The position numbers were made by a program, and so were the translations under genes. 64,000 bases of DNA, taken from an uncultured bacterium. Lineage in GTDB: Bacteria; Babelota; Babeliae; Babelales; Vermiphilaceae. Shown one piece after another: positions 31,147 through 41,557 of the stretch (positions are counted from its first letter, which is position 1; every line of letters begins with the position of its first letter). Where the stretch lies: assembly GCA_963727255.1 (NCBI GenBank), contig CAVSFC010000002.1, positions 672,001-736,000 of the forward strand, read 5' to 3'. Below the pieces are notes generated by a model that worked only from the letters and a program-made list of their open reading frames with translations, did not search any database and was not told where the DNA came from.

Positions 31147-31833
31147 ATGAATATACGGATGAGCGCATTAGCATTTTTTTTCTTAGTACCATCTTTTGGC
31201 ATTTGCGAAAGTCCCAATGGTATAAATTCCAGAGAAGAAGCATTCAAGTTTTATGTTGCACAGCAAAAAGAAAAAAAATCGATTCAACCATCTCAAAATC
31301 GTGAGACATTTCTTCAAACCCTTAATAAGCGTGCGATAAATCTGGCTCCTATTCTCATGCCAATTTTGGTTAATTTTTTGCTCGAAGCCGCGCGAACGGC
31401 AGCTTGCGATAGGCTAGCCAGCTATGTCGCGGATTCATATAAGCTTATTGATTGGCCTTATTTGCAGATCGATTCAAGAATGGGAGGACGCATCGCACTC
31501 GAAGGAGTGAGCAAAATTGCTTTTGATAGCCTTTTATATGGTTTCTGGGATGAAGAGGGCAAATTTAATATCCGTTTGGATTCAGAAATTCTTCTTGGAG
31601 GATTGCATGCATCTTTAAGATATGCAATCATAAATAATATTATTATTGTCTCGAACCAAAGATTAAATAAAAAATATCCCGATTCTAGCACTGATGAAGT
31701 CAAGAAACAAAATGCGCCCTTGAGAAATCAGGCAGCTGCTCGAATTAGTAAATATGTGGGTCTTGGAAATATGGCTTATGGTTTCATTTCTAATGGGGTG
31801 TATCAATCATTAAAAAAACGTTGTGCCCAATAA
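31147..31833 (+). CDS. Hypothetical protein with signal-like N-terminus
   Basis: 228 aa ORF; no recognised domain. Confidence 0.6.
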   Translation: MNIRMSALAFFFLVPSFGICESPNGINSREEAFKFYVAQQKEKKSIQPSQNRETFLQTLNKRAINLAPILMPILVNFLLEAARTAACDRLASYVADSYKLIDWPYLQIDSRMGGRIALEGVSKIAFDSLLYGFWDEEGKFNIRLDSEILLGGLHASLRYAIINNIIIVSNQRLNKKYPDSSTDEVKKQNAPLRNQAAARISKYVGLGNMAYGFISNGVYQSLKKRCAQ

Positions 31834-32360
31834 TTGGCTCTCTTATTTGTATCTCGTTCATTACTGCAGATGCCCGTTCATCAAGATGTATTATCGCTCC
31901 GATTCAAAAAATGTTTTTTGAACGGATTCTTAAGATTTGCCTCATTTCACGAAAAGATATCGCTAAAGAATGCGCGAAACTTATTCTGCCGATTCTTATT
32001 CAAACCCACAAATATAGCTTTTATCATGTTAGTGGTGATCAGTGTGTTGATTATGGTTGCGAAGCTGTATGGGCCGGATATTATGATGGGATAGATACCA
32101 TTCCTGGCGCATTGCTCAAATATGGCTGTATCGATGCCTGTTATTATCAGCTCTGCTCATGCGCGCAGTTTTTTCAATGTGATTACCCGTATGAATTAAA
32201 ACAACATTCTTGGGCCTATGCTCTTACTCGAATACTTGTCCCGATGTTCATTAAGCGTTGCATTGGAACCATCATCGATTGTATTTTGGATGAATTGAGT
32301 AATTGCAAAGAGCAAGAAAATGGGCAGATGCTTACGGCTCAAGATTTTTTTGACGAATAA
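31821..32360 (+). CDS. Cys-rich hypothetical protein
   Basis: 179 aa ORF overlapping the previous stop; start uncertain. Confidence 0.45.
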   Translation: MCPIIGSLICISFITADARSSRCIIAPIQKMFFERILKICLISRKDIAKECAKLILPILIQTHKYSFYHVSGDQCVDYGCEAVWAGYYDGIDTIPGALLKYGCIDACYYQLCSCAQFFQCDYPYELKQHSWAYALTRILVPMFIKRCIGTIIDCILDELSNCKEQENGQMLTAQDFFDE

Positions 32361-32669
32361 TTTAGCGCGAACTCGATCTAAAAACACTTGGGAACAAATT
32401 GGCTAAAAGCCGCTCGTGGTGAGTGATTTTCGAGCCTTGCAGCGAGAAATCGTATCGAAATTCATGCGGCCTAAAAATTATAAAGAAAAAAACCTCTTAT
32501 TGAAAATGATTGTGATTCTTTAAAAATGTTAGAAAAAAAAGATTTTATTGATGTGATGTGATATCTATTTAACCCGCATGATTCGATATGCTCGCTAACA
32601 GCTTGCGCTCACCACGAGCGGGTTTATGATTAACTTTTTAAAATTCTGCGATCGAGTTTACGTTAATTA
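32358..32669. repeat. Nested inverted REP-like doublet (inner 32410-32469 / 32573-32621; outer about 32358-32378 / 32650-32669)
   Basis: ccgctcgtggtgag..atcgaa(a)ttcatgcgg mirrored by ccgcatgattcgat..ctcaccacgagcgg; outer aactcgatc/gatcgagtt. Confidence 0.8.
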
Positions 32670-32707
32670 GCAGGTTGCAATAATGTGTAAAGCGAACAAA
32701 AATCTTT

Positions 32708-35476
32708 TTATTGGCTCGAAGATTCATTAATCGTAGCTTCGCAAATATTGATATAATTAAATACCTCTTGTTTTGCATTTCTTGCCTTTGCCTCAGTCTG
32801 TGCTTGTTGAAGATATTTGAGTGCTTTGGCTTTGTCTTGGGCAAAGAATTCATTAAGCCCAAATTCACGGCCGACAATAGCTGTTCCGTATATAGGATAT
32901 TGAGCGCAGAAATTTTGGAGGTTTGATTCGAGATCATAATTCTTTTCTGACAACGAGTTATGAGCAATCAATATTAATTTTAAGTTTAAAACAAATAGTT
33001 CGTCAGAAATTTTTGTTGCGGGATTATTCTTTATAAAGCGCTCAACGGGCTTAAATATATTGGTATTCTTTGTAAATTCAACATATTGATCAATGGCATT
33101 GCATGATCTAAATTGTGAAATAATAGAACGCAATGCTTGAATTAATAGAGGTTTATTTTTTGCTTGTAGAGCGTTCGATATATTTGCCGTTTCTTGCAGA
33201 AATGTAAAGCGCAAATCTTTCTCGGATACATCTTTTGTTGACGCTTGAAGTTGAGGATCAGATAAAATAGAACTAGCAACTTCTATGATGGCTTTTGGTT
33301 GATGCGCGAAAAGCTTTTCTTCGGATTGTGGTCCTTCTTTGAGTACTTTTCGGAGAGCGATAAGAGTAGAAAAATTGTGCTTCTCCGGATTGGTAGTAAG
33401 AAAGCGATCTATTTGATTTACTACATTGTTTCGGGTACCCACTGATTGAGAAAAGAGAGGCTTTATTTTTTTTTGATCGGCGTTGAGTTCTTTAGCTATT
33501 GTGCAGATTAATTTTTTTAACTCATTTGTTTCAGTTTCCAGATTAGTTTTGCCGAGCCGGGCAACTGCAATGCTTAAGGCTTCATATAAAGCAAGAGGAC
33601 TTTTATTTTTCCTTGAAATAACTAGTAGGTTTTTTATGAATTCATTCTCAGTGATTTTCATTCGAAATTCAGATTTTGGATTTTCAGTAAAATAGGTTTC
33701 TCCCTTTTCCAGCAGGTAGCAAATATGATCTATGGAAGATGCATCATCATTTATTTTTCCCGTGAAATTCCCTTGTATGCTGGTATAAATTGCAGAAATA
33801 TCATTGGCAGCGACCATGTGCTTTAAGGCATCTTGGGCAGCAGCGTAAAGAATAGTTTTGGGTATATATTCAAGTTGATATGGTTGCTCCCAAAAGCTTT
33901 TAATTGCTGCAAGCGCAGCATTGCTATCGTCGCTATGGAAAAATAAATTCATTCCGAATGCATTTGCCGCACGATTCTGGCATTTATGGGCTTCGCTTAA
34001 AAATTCCGATGCACGATCAAAATCTTTGTTATCATACCAATAAAGTGCCTCGTAAAATTGCTTGCTTCCGGGAGCATTTGATTTTCCTCCTGCAGTCGCA
34101 TAGGGAGTTAAATTAGTGAAATTTTTCTTGTCGAAAAGTTTAGAGTCTGGATTCTTTTTTTTAAGGGCTTCAAAAAGAGTATCACGTTGGGTGATGCTTA
34201 ACGGTATTCCATCAATGCCTTCGATTAAAAGAATCTCAATACGTTTTTGGGCCTCATCATTCCCTTGCTCTAATGCAGCGATGTAATTGGCGAGGACTAT
34301 ATCAAACCTGGTTGATTGATGTAAATGCAACAAACAATATTCTTCAAGAACAGCAAGATTGAGTAGCGCATCATTGTTATTATAGTTGCTTGCTATTTTT
34401 AAGAACTTTTCGGCTTCATTTAAATTGCTTAAAAAACTATTCGTTATACCTTGTTCGGAGTTGATAACTTTGGCATGGTCAAAAAGTGCGACTCCCAAAT
34501 AATTTGTAATTGTAGCATAATCGTAGCACCCGTTGGGTATTTCCTTACTCGTTAAAGCTTTTTCAGCGTAATGAGCCGCTGCTTTAAGTGCGCTTATTTG
34601 CGCGGCTGGGAAAACTTGCGCTTGATCGCAAAAATAGGTTGCTAAAGCATGATACGCTTCTGGATAGTTAGTTTTATTAAAATTCATCAGAAGGGCTGTA
34701 GCAATCATCATCGCCTCAGAAGTGGCCGTGACAAGACTCTCAGTTTCAGATTCTTCGTTTATAGTATTGAGGGCATCAGCTTGCTGTTCTAATGATGCTG
34801 CCTCTCGTTTTTCTCTGAGAATATTACGGCGATTTTCTGCTTGTAGAAAGAGATTAATCATTTTGCGCGGGTCATGTTTATGTAAAACGGCAAGGTAATA
34901 AGCGGCATCACGGTCTTCTTTTTCTTCATGCAACTTTTGCAAAGCATCCTGCGCTTCTTTTTGAATACTTTTATTTTTACTCGTTTGTAATAGGCGCCAA
35001 TAACCCTGACTGGATTGGGGGTATTCTTTTTTGGCCAAAAGATTTTCGCAAACTTCTAATAGAGCTGTTTCGGGATCATTAGCATCACGTTTTTTTTGTT
35101 CTTTTTGTTTTTGTACCGCTTTAATTGCAGCTTTTTTTTGCGCCGCGATCTTTTTTGCTTGCTCTTGCTTTTTTTCAGTTCTTACTAACGCTAATTCTGC
35201 TCCAAAAATTCGATTCGAAAAATCTTTACGGTTTTTTTTATCTTTAAATATGGTATCAATTATTTGTTCGTCATTTTTAGGTTTTTCTGGGAATTGAATG
35301 GAATCTTGGCTTGATACACGTTTGAGTCGCGATTGTGCTACCAATTGCTTTATAAATTCTTTACTCTCTTTATGTTCTTTATTTATGGTGACTTGGATTT
35401 CCATTGCATATGCAGAAGGAAGTGCGACTGCGAATGCGAGACCCCAATACAGTAAAGTTCTTTTCTGCATATTCAT
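32708..35476 (-). CDS. Large exported helical-repeat (Sel1/TPR-like) protein
   Basis: 922 aa; signal peptide AYA|M; AAYYLA, AYHALA, ALLNLA, DKAKALKYLQQA motifs. Confidence 0.65.
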   Translation of the reverse strand: MNMQKRTLLYWGLAFAVALPSAYAMEIQVTINKEHKESKEFIKQLVAQSRLKRVSSQDSIQFPEKPKNDEQIIDTIFKDKKNRKDFSNRIFGAELALVRTEKKQEQAKKIAAQKKAAIKAVQKQKEQKKRDANDPETALLEVCENLLAKKEYPQSSQGYWRLLQTSKNKSIQKEAQDALQKLHEEKEDRDAAYYLAVLHKHDPRKMINLFLQAENRRNILREKREAASLEQQADALNTINEESETESLVTATSEAMMIATALLMNFNKTNYPEAYHALATYFCDQAQVFPAAQISALKAAAHYAEKALTSKEIPNGCYDYATITNYLGVALFDHAKVINSEQGITNSFLSNLNEAEKFLKIASNYNNNDALLNLAVLEEYCLLHLHQSTRFDIVLANYIAALEQGNDEAQKRIEILLIEGIDGIPLSITQRDTLFEALKKKNPDSKLFDKKNFTNLTPYATAGGKSNAPGSKQFYEALYWYDNKDFDRASEFLSEAHKCQNRAANAFGMNLFFHSDDSNAALAAIKSFWEQPYQLEYIPKTILYAAAQDALKHMVAANDISAIYTSIQGNFTGKINDDASSIDHICYLLEKGETYFTENPKSEFRMKITENEFIKNLLVISRKNKSPLALYEALSIAVARLGKTNLETETNELKKLICTIAKELNADQKKIKPLFSQSVGTRNNVVNQIDRFLTTNPEKHNFSTLIALRKVLKEGPQSEEKLFAHQPKAIIEVASSILSDPQLQASTKDVSEKDLRFTFLQETANISNALQAKNKPLLIQALRSIISQFRSCNAIDQYVEFTKNTNIFKPVERFIKNNPATKISDELFVLNLKLILIAHNSLSEKNYDLESNLQNFCAQYPIYGTAIVGREFGLNEFFAQDKAKALKYLQQAQTEAKARNAKQEVFNYINICEATINESSSQ

Positions 35477-35667
35477 GTTTTTTAATCTTCTAGTATTTAT
35501 TATTCTATTTGACTATATTATTAAGTTTAATATCAAAAAATATAATGTCAAAAACTTATTGATAAAATTACAAATAGAAAATTTAAACCTGAATTTACGC
35601 TAAACATTAAAGGGATCTTGGAGCACAGCATAGATTTATGGTAAGCATAGAAAAGACTTATTGAAAC

Positions 35668-36375
35668 TTGAAAAAGGAATTTATTATGAAACTTCCATCG
35701 CGCAAATTGATTATCTATATTCTGCTTGCAGTAATGGGCTTGGTCTTCTTTTATTATGTTAAATTTAGTGATTATTTTACGCTAGAAAAATTGCAAGAAA
35801 ATCATAGATATTTAACCGGCTTTGTTGCAAATAATTATCCGTTTTCTGTGCTTATCTATATCGGAATCTATAGTTTATTGCTCGCGTGCGCAATGCCGGT
35901 GGTGATGCCCTTATCAATGATTGGGGGATTTTTATATGGGATTTTCTGGGGACTCATCTACGCAGGAATAAGCTGCATGATTGGTTCAATTATTTCATTT
36001 TTGATTTTACGGTATGTAGTGGCCCATTGGATTCGGGGATGGAATGATGAGCGCATTGCCAAATTCAATGAAAAATTACAAAAATACGGATATAGCTATC
36101 TGTTAATGCTGCATTTTTTATCGGTAATACCGCTCTTCGTAATTAATTTATTAGCAGCCCTTGCCAAAGTTCCCCTTCGTACCGTGATTTGGGTTACGGT
36201 TATTGGTACGCTGCCGCTCAATGTTCTATGTGTTTTTGCAGGTCGAAAGTTGAGCTCACTCCATTCCTTTAAAGACATTTTCTCTCCAACGATTATGATA
36301 CTGTTAGCGCTGTTGGCATTGGTCGCCTTAGCACCGTTAGTAATTAGAAAAATAAAAGGGTCTTTGGGTGTCTAA
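35668..36375 (+). CDS. TVP38/TMEM64 (VTT/DedA) family membrane protein
   Basis: GGFLYG..G, FLILRY, IPLFVINLLA; multiple TM helices. Confidence 0.85.
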   Translation: MKKEFIMKLPSRKLIIYILLAVMGLVFFYYVKFSDYFTLEKLQENHRYLTGFVANNYPFSVLIYIGIYSLLLACAMPVVMPLSMIGGFLYGIFWGLIYAGISCMIGSIISFLILRYVVAHWIRGWNDERIAKFNEKLQKYGYSYLLMLHFLSVIPLFVINLLAALAKVPLRTVIWVTVIGTLPLNVLCVFAGRKLSSLHSFKDIFSPTIMILLALLALVALAPLVIRKIKGSLGV

Positions 36376-37057
36376 AACAACATGGTCAAAAAAGCGGTTA
36401 ATTCTGGGAATAGTTATTTTAGCCATTATTGGAACTATTTGGTACACCGGATTGCATAAAAATCTGAGTTTTGAACAGGTACAATGTAATGCAGTTTGGT
36501 TGCGCGAACAGGTGGATCAGCATTATTGGTGGTCGGTAATGATCTATCTTGGAATATTCATCACCATCATTTTGTGCGGCTTACCCGTTGCGGCGCTTAT
36601 GAATATTATCGGCGGCTTTCTGTTTGGAATGGTTCAGGGGGTATTTTTTATTATTCTTGCGGCTCTTATTGGCGGGACGATTTTCTTCTTTATTGTCCGC
36701 TATGTTATCGGCAGCTATTTGCAGTCACGCTTTACCACTCAATTGCATGCATTTAACCGGATGTGTAATAAACGAGGCTGGCTCTTTTTGCTCATGCTCC
36801 GCTGTATTCCGGTGATTCCCTTTTTTATGGTCAATCTACTTGCTGGGCTTACTAATATTCGGCCTTTTACGTTTATTTGGACGACAGCAATCGGAGTTAT
36901 TCCCACTGCAGTGATTTTTACCTATGCAGGCAGACAATTAGGAACAATTGATCAAGTGCGGGATATCTTTACAATACCTATTTTAGGCGCGTTGGTAATA
37001 GTGCTTGTATTGGCATTTTTACCAATTTTAGTAGGCCGTTACCGCAAGATTTTTTGA
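36368..37057 (+). CDS. TVP38/TMEM64 (VTT/DedA) family membrane protein, tandem paralog
   Basis: GGFLFG, LRCIPVIPFFMVNLLAG.T, F..TT.IG.IP. Confidence 0.88.
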   Translation: MSKTTWSKKRLILGIVILAIIGTIWYTGLHKNLSFEQVQCNAVWLREQVDQHYWWSVMIYLGIFITIILCGLPVAALMNIIGGFLFGMVQGVFFIILAALIGGTIFFFIVRYVIGSYLQSRFTTQLHAFNRMCNKRGWLFLLMLRCIPVIPFFMVNLLAGLTNIRPFTFIWTTAIGVIPTAVIFTYAGRQLGTIDQVRDIFTIPILGALVIVLVLAFLPILVGRYRKIF

Positions 37058-37879
37058 TTGGAGCCAGTTATTTAACGTTTCGCGAATACAATCGAAATCA
37101 TGATATGATTTTAAAAGGCCTTTTTTCTTCGTATAGCGAATTGAATAAATGCCCATTGCTTGGCCAGCATCTACGTTTTCTGGTTGATCATCAATAAAAA
37201 TAGTCTCTGAAGGGTTAAGATCATATTTCTTCAGTATATATTCAAATATACCCGGCTCGGGCTTTACCAGCCCGATATCGCCAGATATTACAATACCATC
37301 AAAGAGATTAAAGAAATCTGGATATTCTTCTTGTATAAGGGTAAAAGATGCTGGATCCCAATTAGATAAAATATAGAGTGAATGCCCTGCCTGCTTGCAA
37401 TCTTTAACAAAGCGTACACCTTCATCGATGAGCTGGCGCGTTGTAACAAATGTTTCGGGGTTGAAAATAATCTCGGCCAGTGCGCGGACCAATGCTTCTT
37501 CGGTCCAATTGATAAAGGTGCCATTGCTGTTTCGAATCATTTTTAGAAGATCCTGAGCATTCAGGGTGCCTTTGAGCCATTCAACCATTAATTCCGGCAT
37601 AATATGACCATGCGCATCACGCACAATGAGCGATCCGGCAGTTCTTGGCTTGATACCATCAAGAAATTGGAACAGCTTTTTATGAATTCCAAATGGGTTA
37701 TTCCAGGTGCTTGCATGAAAAGCGAATTTCTCAATGCCGATTGAGAAGATGGTGCGAAAATATTTAGTTTCAACTAAAACATCACCAAGATCAAAAATAA
37801 TATTGGCTGGATAGGTTTGCGTTCCCAGCATAGCCAGAAATAATCCGAATGATGACCAGATAGCCTTGAGATTCTTCAT
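37028..37879 (-). CDS. HAD-family phosphatase with signal-like N-terminus
   Basis: IFDLGDV, LSNW, SGDIGLVKPEP.IF, FIDDQ.ENV. Confidence 0.88.
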   Translation of the reverse strand: MKNLKAIWSSFGLFLAMLGTQTYPANIIFDLGDVLVETKYFRTIFSIGIEKFAFHASTWNNPFGIHKKLFQFLDGIKPRTAGSLIVRDAHGHIMPELMVEWLKGTLNAQDLLKMIRNSNGTFINWTEEALVRALAEIIFNPETFVTTRQLIDEGVRFVKDCKQAGHSLYILSNWDPASFTLIQEEYPDFFNLFDGIVISGDIGLVKPEPGIFEYILKKYDLNPSETIFIDDQPENVDAGQAMGIYSIRYTKKKGLLKSYHDFDCIRETLNNWLQSKNLAVTAY

Positions 37880-38206
37880 GATCCTTTAAAAAGCTCCATT
37901 TAGAGTTTTGAGTTTTATTGGAGTTTACATTTTAATATAACCATTTTCTGCCAGAAAATGCAAGAAAGAGGTTATTATTATAGTAAAAATAGTATTTAAA
38001 TGAAGACAATCTTGGCATTGATCTTTTCAATTCGAAATAAAAAAGAGGGAATGCGTTCTGTTCATTTGACTTTATCCTTTGCTCTTTTATACTAATAACA
38101 TTGTTAATAAGTTATAAAAGCCAGTTTGGCGATAACAAAAAGAAGTTGGTAATGAACAGCATGGTAATAAAACTAAAACACTATTTTTTAAAGATGAGGT
38201 CCTCTC

Positions 38207-38704
38207 ATGAATAATTCTTTCTCAACTTCTTTCAAAGCTCTTGCCCTCGTTGCATTATTAAGCAATGTCTCGGTTAGTGCCATGGAAAATATCGAACAAG
38301 TAAAAACTATTGAGAACGCGGCAACTACCGTTGCAATTGAAGCGAAAAATGCCGAAGCAGCTGCTGAAACGGTGCTAAAAGATGCTCTCAATTCAGCAGA
38401 ACAACTTGCAATAGAAGCAAAAGATCTTGTAACACCTACCCCTGAAGTAAAACCTGGAAAAATCTCCCAAGCCTGGAACAAATTCTCTACTGCAATCGGC
38501 ACCAAAAAGACTGAAATCTTTGCTGCTGCAAGCGATATGAAAGCGCGTGGCTGGAGTAAGTGGACAACCAAAGAAAAAGCTGGTGTAGTAATCGGTGGAA
38601 CCGTAGTTGCTGCAACCGCTGCATATTTAGTGTATAAAATTTACAAATCTTTTACCGCGCCAAAAGCAAAAGTAAAAGCAATTGTTCGAAGTAATCGTGC
38701 GTAA
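38207..38704 (+). CDS. Exported Ala-rich protein with C-terminal membrane anchor
   Basis: Signal peptide VSA|ME; TM helix and basic tail; own terminator. Confidence 0.75.
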   Translation: MNNSFSTSFKALALVALLSNVSVSAMENIEQVKTIENAATTVAIEAKNAEAAAETVLKDALNSAEQLAIEAKDLVTPTPEVKPGKISQAWNKFSTAIGTKKTEIFAAASDMKARGWSKWTTKEKAGVVIGGTVVAATAAYLVYKIYKSFTAPKAKVKAIVRSNRA

Positions 38705-38730
38705 TTGCGCCTATTATTTTGATTTTTTTG

Positions 38731-38764
38731 AGCATGGATGCTTCGGTATCCATGCTTTTTTTTT
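38731..38764 (+). terminator. Rho-independent terminator
   Basis: agcatggatgc-ttcg-gtatccatgct plus T run. Confidence 0.88.
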
Positions 38765-38829
38765 GTACTTGTTCTTGCACAAGCTTTATATTAGCCTGAG
38801 GTCGCATTACTAAAAACTGGGAGTAAACT

Positions 38830-39942
38830 ATGAAGCTTTATTTTACAAAACAGGTCCTGTGTCTTGGTATTTTAATTGGTCTGGAGTATTTTTCACTTAA
38901 ATCTATGGAGATACCTAAAACAGATGCTGAATGGGAAGAATTAACACGAGAAAAATTTAATGCGATCGATCCTAAGATGTTAGAGGAAGCGGCGTTGCCC
39001 GATTATAACATAGCTTTGGCCCGATTTAATGCCAAGTCTACTAATTCTGCAGGAATTTTAGCTCAAAGTGGGAAAGGATCATCGATCTTATCACGATCTG
39101 AAAGCACTTTAAGTGAAAGTGGATCGTCAATCGCGAGTGAATCGGCAAGTGAAAATGGATCCAGGATTATTTTTCAGTCACAAGAATTGAAACCCAGCGA
39201 GGGGGTCGATAAAGATGAGCTTATCAAAGCACTTGAAAATGTGCCAAAGCAGCAGCGTCCAGAAATGACTCCCGAGCAATACAACCAAATAGATTCGGAA
39301 TTGTTAACTCCACCATTACCGCCCGCCGAAGATGTTTTAGACGACTCTACTAATGATTTAGAGGCGATATTGCAAGAAGCTCGGAGCTCTTCCCAATCAC
39401 AAGAAATCAATAATGCTCCCGAAACTGAGCCAATAATTGCACCGGAAAAATGGAAAAAAACAGCGACTGATGGTAGCGATTTTCCTTCTACTGAAAATCT
39501 TTCAAATGCAGACCAGGATAATATATATAAGGAACCACCATTTATGGAAAGAATTCAAACTGAAAGCAATAACGATCCCGAAGAAGAGCAGAGCGCAGTC
39601 ATGCAAGTTCTTGAATTTACTGCAGCTGCTTTGATTGCCTGGACTACCACTGAGATTATCCTTGCTTATAAAAATACTTCGCAAGAAGAGTGGGATAAGG
39701 CTGAGCATTGGTATGAAAAGTTTGATTTAGTTACTTTTAAAACCGTTGATGCTATGGCAAGCAGGCCAAAACAAGTTTTGAGTGCTGCTCAAGGGCTTCT
39801 TAATAAGTTGCAAGAATTGAGTAGCTTTGAAAATCCTACTCAAACCAGTAAAAAAGCTAAAGACTCTGATTTCTTCAAAAAACTTACCCAGCACTCATTA
39901 TTGCTCTATAAGAGAAAGAATGTTGAAAGCGCAGCTCATTAA
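38830..39942 (+). CDS. Exported acidic low-complexity hypothetical protein
   Basis: Signal peptide LKS|ME; Ser/Glu/Pro-rich. Confidence 0.7.
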   Translation: MKLYFTKQVLCLGILIGLEYFSLKSMEIPKTDAEWEELTREKFNAIDPKMLEEAALPDYNIALARFNAKSTNSAGILAQSGKGSSILSRSESTLSESGSSIASESASENGSRIIFQSQELKPSEGVDKDELIKALENVPKQQRPEMTPEQYNQIDSELLTPPLPPAEDVLDDSTNDLEAILQEARSSSQSQEINNAPETEPIIAPEKWKKTATDGSDFPSTENLSNADQDNIYKEPPFMERIQTESNNDPEEEQSAVMQVLEFTAAALIAWTTTEIILAYKNTSQEEWDKAEHWYEKFDLVTFKTVDAMASRPKQVLSAAQGLLNKLQELSSFENPTQTSKKAKDSDFFKKLTQHSLLLYKRKNVESAAH

Positions 39943-40001
39943 TCATAAGGCTTTGAAGTCAAGCATTTTACCTTTTTTTTATTAAACATATACTGAAGAG
40001 T

Positions 40002-40373
40002 ATGCAGTTATATAAAGAAGAACTATTAGACCATTATCGTTTTCCCCGCCACAAGGGGAAATTAGTGCACCCGGATTTCACCTCCGGGCAGCATAATCCT
40101 TCCTGTGGAGACATGGTCTCCTTTGAAGCAAAACTTTCTCAGGGCATTATTCTAGAAGTTGCCTTTGATGGGGTTGGTTGCGTGATAAGCCAAGCAACCG
40201 CTTCGATGATCGCCGAATTAGTAAAAAGTAAATCTATTCATTATGTGATTGCGCTTACCGCTTCAGATATTCTGGCTTTGATTGGCATGGATTTGGGGCC
40301 AACGCGGCTTAAATGCGCCTTGCTTTCTCTCTATGCTTTACAAGAAGGTTTACAAAACCATTTAAAAGGATAA
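40002..40373 (+). CDS. sufU: SufU/NifU-type Fe-S scaffold or sulfur-transfer protein
   Basis: LYKEELLDHY..PR.KG, NPSCGD, GCVISQA.AS, RLKCALL. Confidence 0.9.
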   Translation: MQLYKEELLDHYRFPRHKGKLVHPDFTSGQHNPSCGDMVSFEAKLSQGIILEVAFDGVGCVISQATASMIAELVKSKSIHYVIALTASDILALIGMDLGPTRLKCALLSLYALQEGLQNHLKG

Positions 40374-40375
40374 CT

Positions 40376-41506
40376 GTGCTTAATCGGGCAATTCTTCTCG
40401 AACAATTGCAAGCACGTTCCAATGATCTCTTTCTTGATATTTCCCAAGAATTTGAGATTGCCCGCCAATCTTGGCAAAGAATTACTAATGATCCAGCCTT
40501 CCTCTATAAAATTCGTCAGATTTCAACTCCATGGCTTGTGCCTGATTGGCAGGATCCTCTTGGCCAGGTAATAATGATTGATCCCACCTTGCCGCACTAT
40601 ACAGTACTTGCGGTTGATGGTTCACAGGTATACCCCGATCGCCATCAGGGCACGTCATGCTTCTTGGTAAATATCGGTTCGGTGGTTTTGCACTATGGAA
40701 ATCAAGTAGCCAAGCCGGTGGAGTTGAGTTCCACACCCGCCGTGTTTACCGGTGATGATACGGATGATGAACTTTCGGGTGGCCAAGATTGGGTGAATTG
40801 CCGCCGGCAAGAATTGGAACTGCAAACCGGGCTTGCCAAAAGCATTGAATTAAAAACCCAAATGGGTGATACGCCATTCGCGTTTCTCTTTGATGGCTCG
40901 CTTATTTTTTGGCATCTAGAATCGAAAGAAAATAATTTAAAAGAGCTCTTCTTAAACAAATATTTGAGCTTGCTCGATAAGCTCTATAAAAATAACATTT
41001 TGTGCGCCGGATATATTAGTCTCCCCAAAAGCAAAGAGCTGGTTAATCTTATTCGTGTTGAGCTGTGCAAATTTAAATTAGAAGGGTGCAAGGAATTAGA
41101 GGCGGTAAATCATTTGGTTGATGCGAGCGTTGCGCGTTTTTTTTTGAAACCCCATTCTCGGTCAATTGTTTTTAAAAGTAACGCAAAAATTGGAGCAAGT
41201 TATGCGCCCCATTTAGTGCCGCACTTTTTTTATATGGATGTAGGGGCGGAGATTGCACGCATAGAAATTCCTGCATGGATTGCGCAGGATGAGCAAAAAA
41301 TAGCTACCGTTGCCCAAATAATTCTTAATCAATCGATCAAAGGAATGGGCTATCCAGTAGCACTTGCCGAATCTCATGAGCAGGCAGTAGTAAAGGGCCC
41401 TGATCGGGAATTCTTTTACCATCTGATTACGAAACTTGGTATTGAACGCAAACGGCAATTGAGTTCATCGCAAAAGAGTATGAAAAAACGAGGAATGGGG
41501 ATATAA
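40376..41506 (+). CDS. nurA: NurA-family nuclease
   Basis: LAVDGSQ, LFDGSL..W, GYIS.P, RIEIP.W, GYPVALAESHEQAVV; GTG start 3 nt after the sufU stop. Confidence 0.85.
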   Translation: MLNRAILLEQLQARSNDLFLDISQEFEIARQSWQRITNDPAFLYKIRQISTPWLVPDWQDPLGQVIMIDPTLPHYTVLAVDGSQVYPDRHQGTSCFLVNIGSVVLHYGNQVAKPVELSSTPAVFTGDDTDDELSGGQDWVNCRRQELELQTGLAKSIELKTQMGDTPFAFLFDGSLIFWHLESKENNLKELFLNKYLSLLDKLYKNNILCAGYISLPKSKELVNLIRVELCKFKLEGCKELEAVNHLVDASVARFFLKPHSRSIVFKSNAKIGASYAPHLVPHFFYMDVGAEIARIEIPAWIAQDEQKIATVAQIILNQSIKGMGYPVALAESHEQAVVKGPDREFFYHLITKLGIERKRQLSSSQKSMKKRGMGI

Positions 41507-41536
41507 AAAAAGCCCCCACAAATTATTGTGGGGGCT
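41505..41536. terminator. Terminator hairpin between convergent genes
   Basis: A-tract plus agcccccacaa-atta-ttgtgggggct. Confidence 0.85.
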
Positions 41537-41557
41537 AGAAACTTTTAAAAAAGTTTT

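Noticed and set aside
35668..37057. Tandem VTT/DedA genes as a novel system
   Set aside because: An ordinary paralog pair of a widespread family with no further distinctive signal
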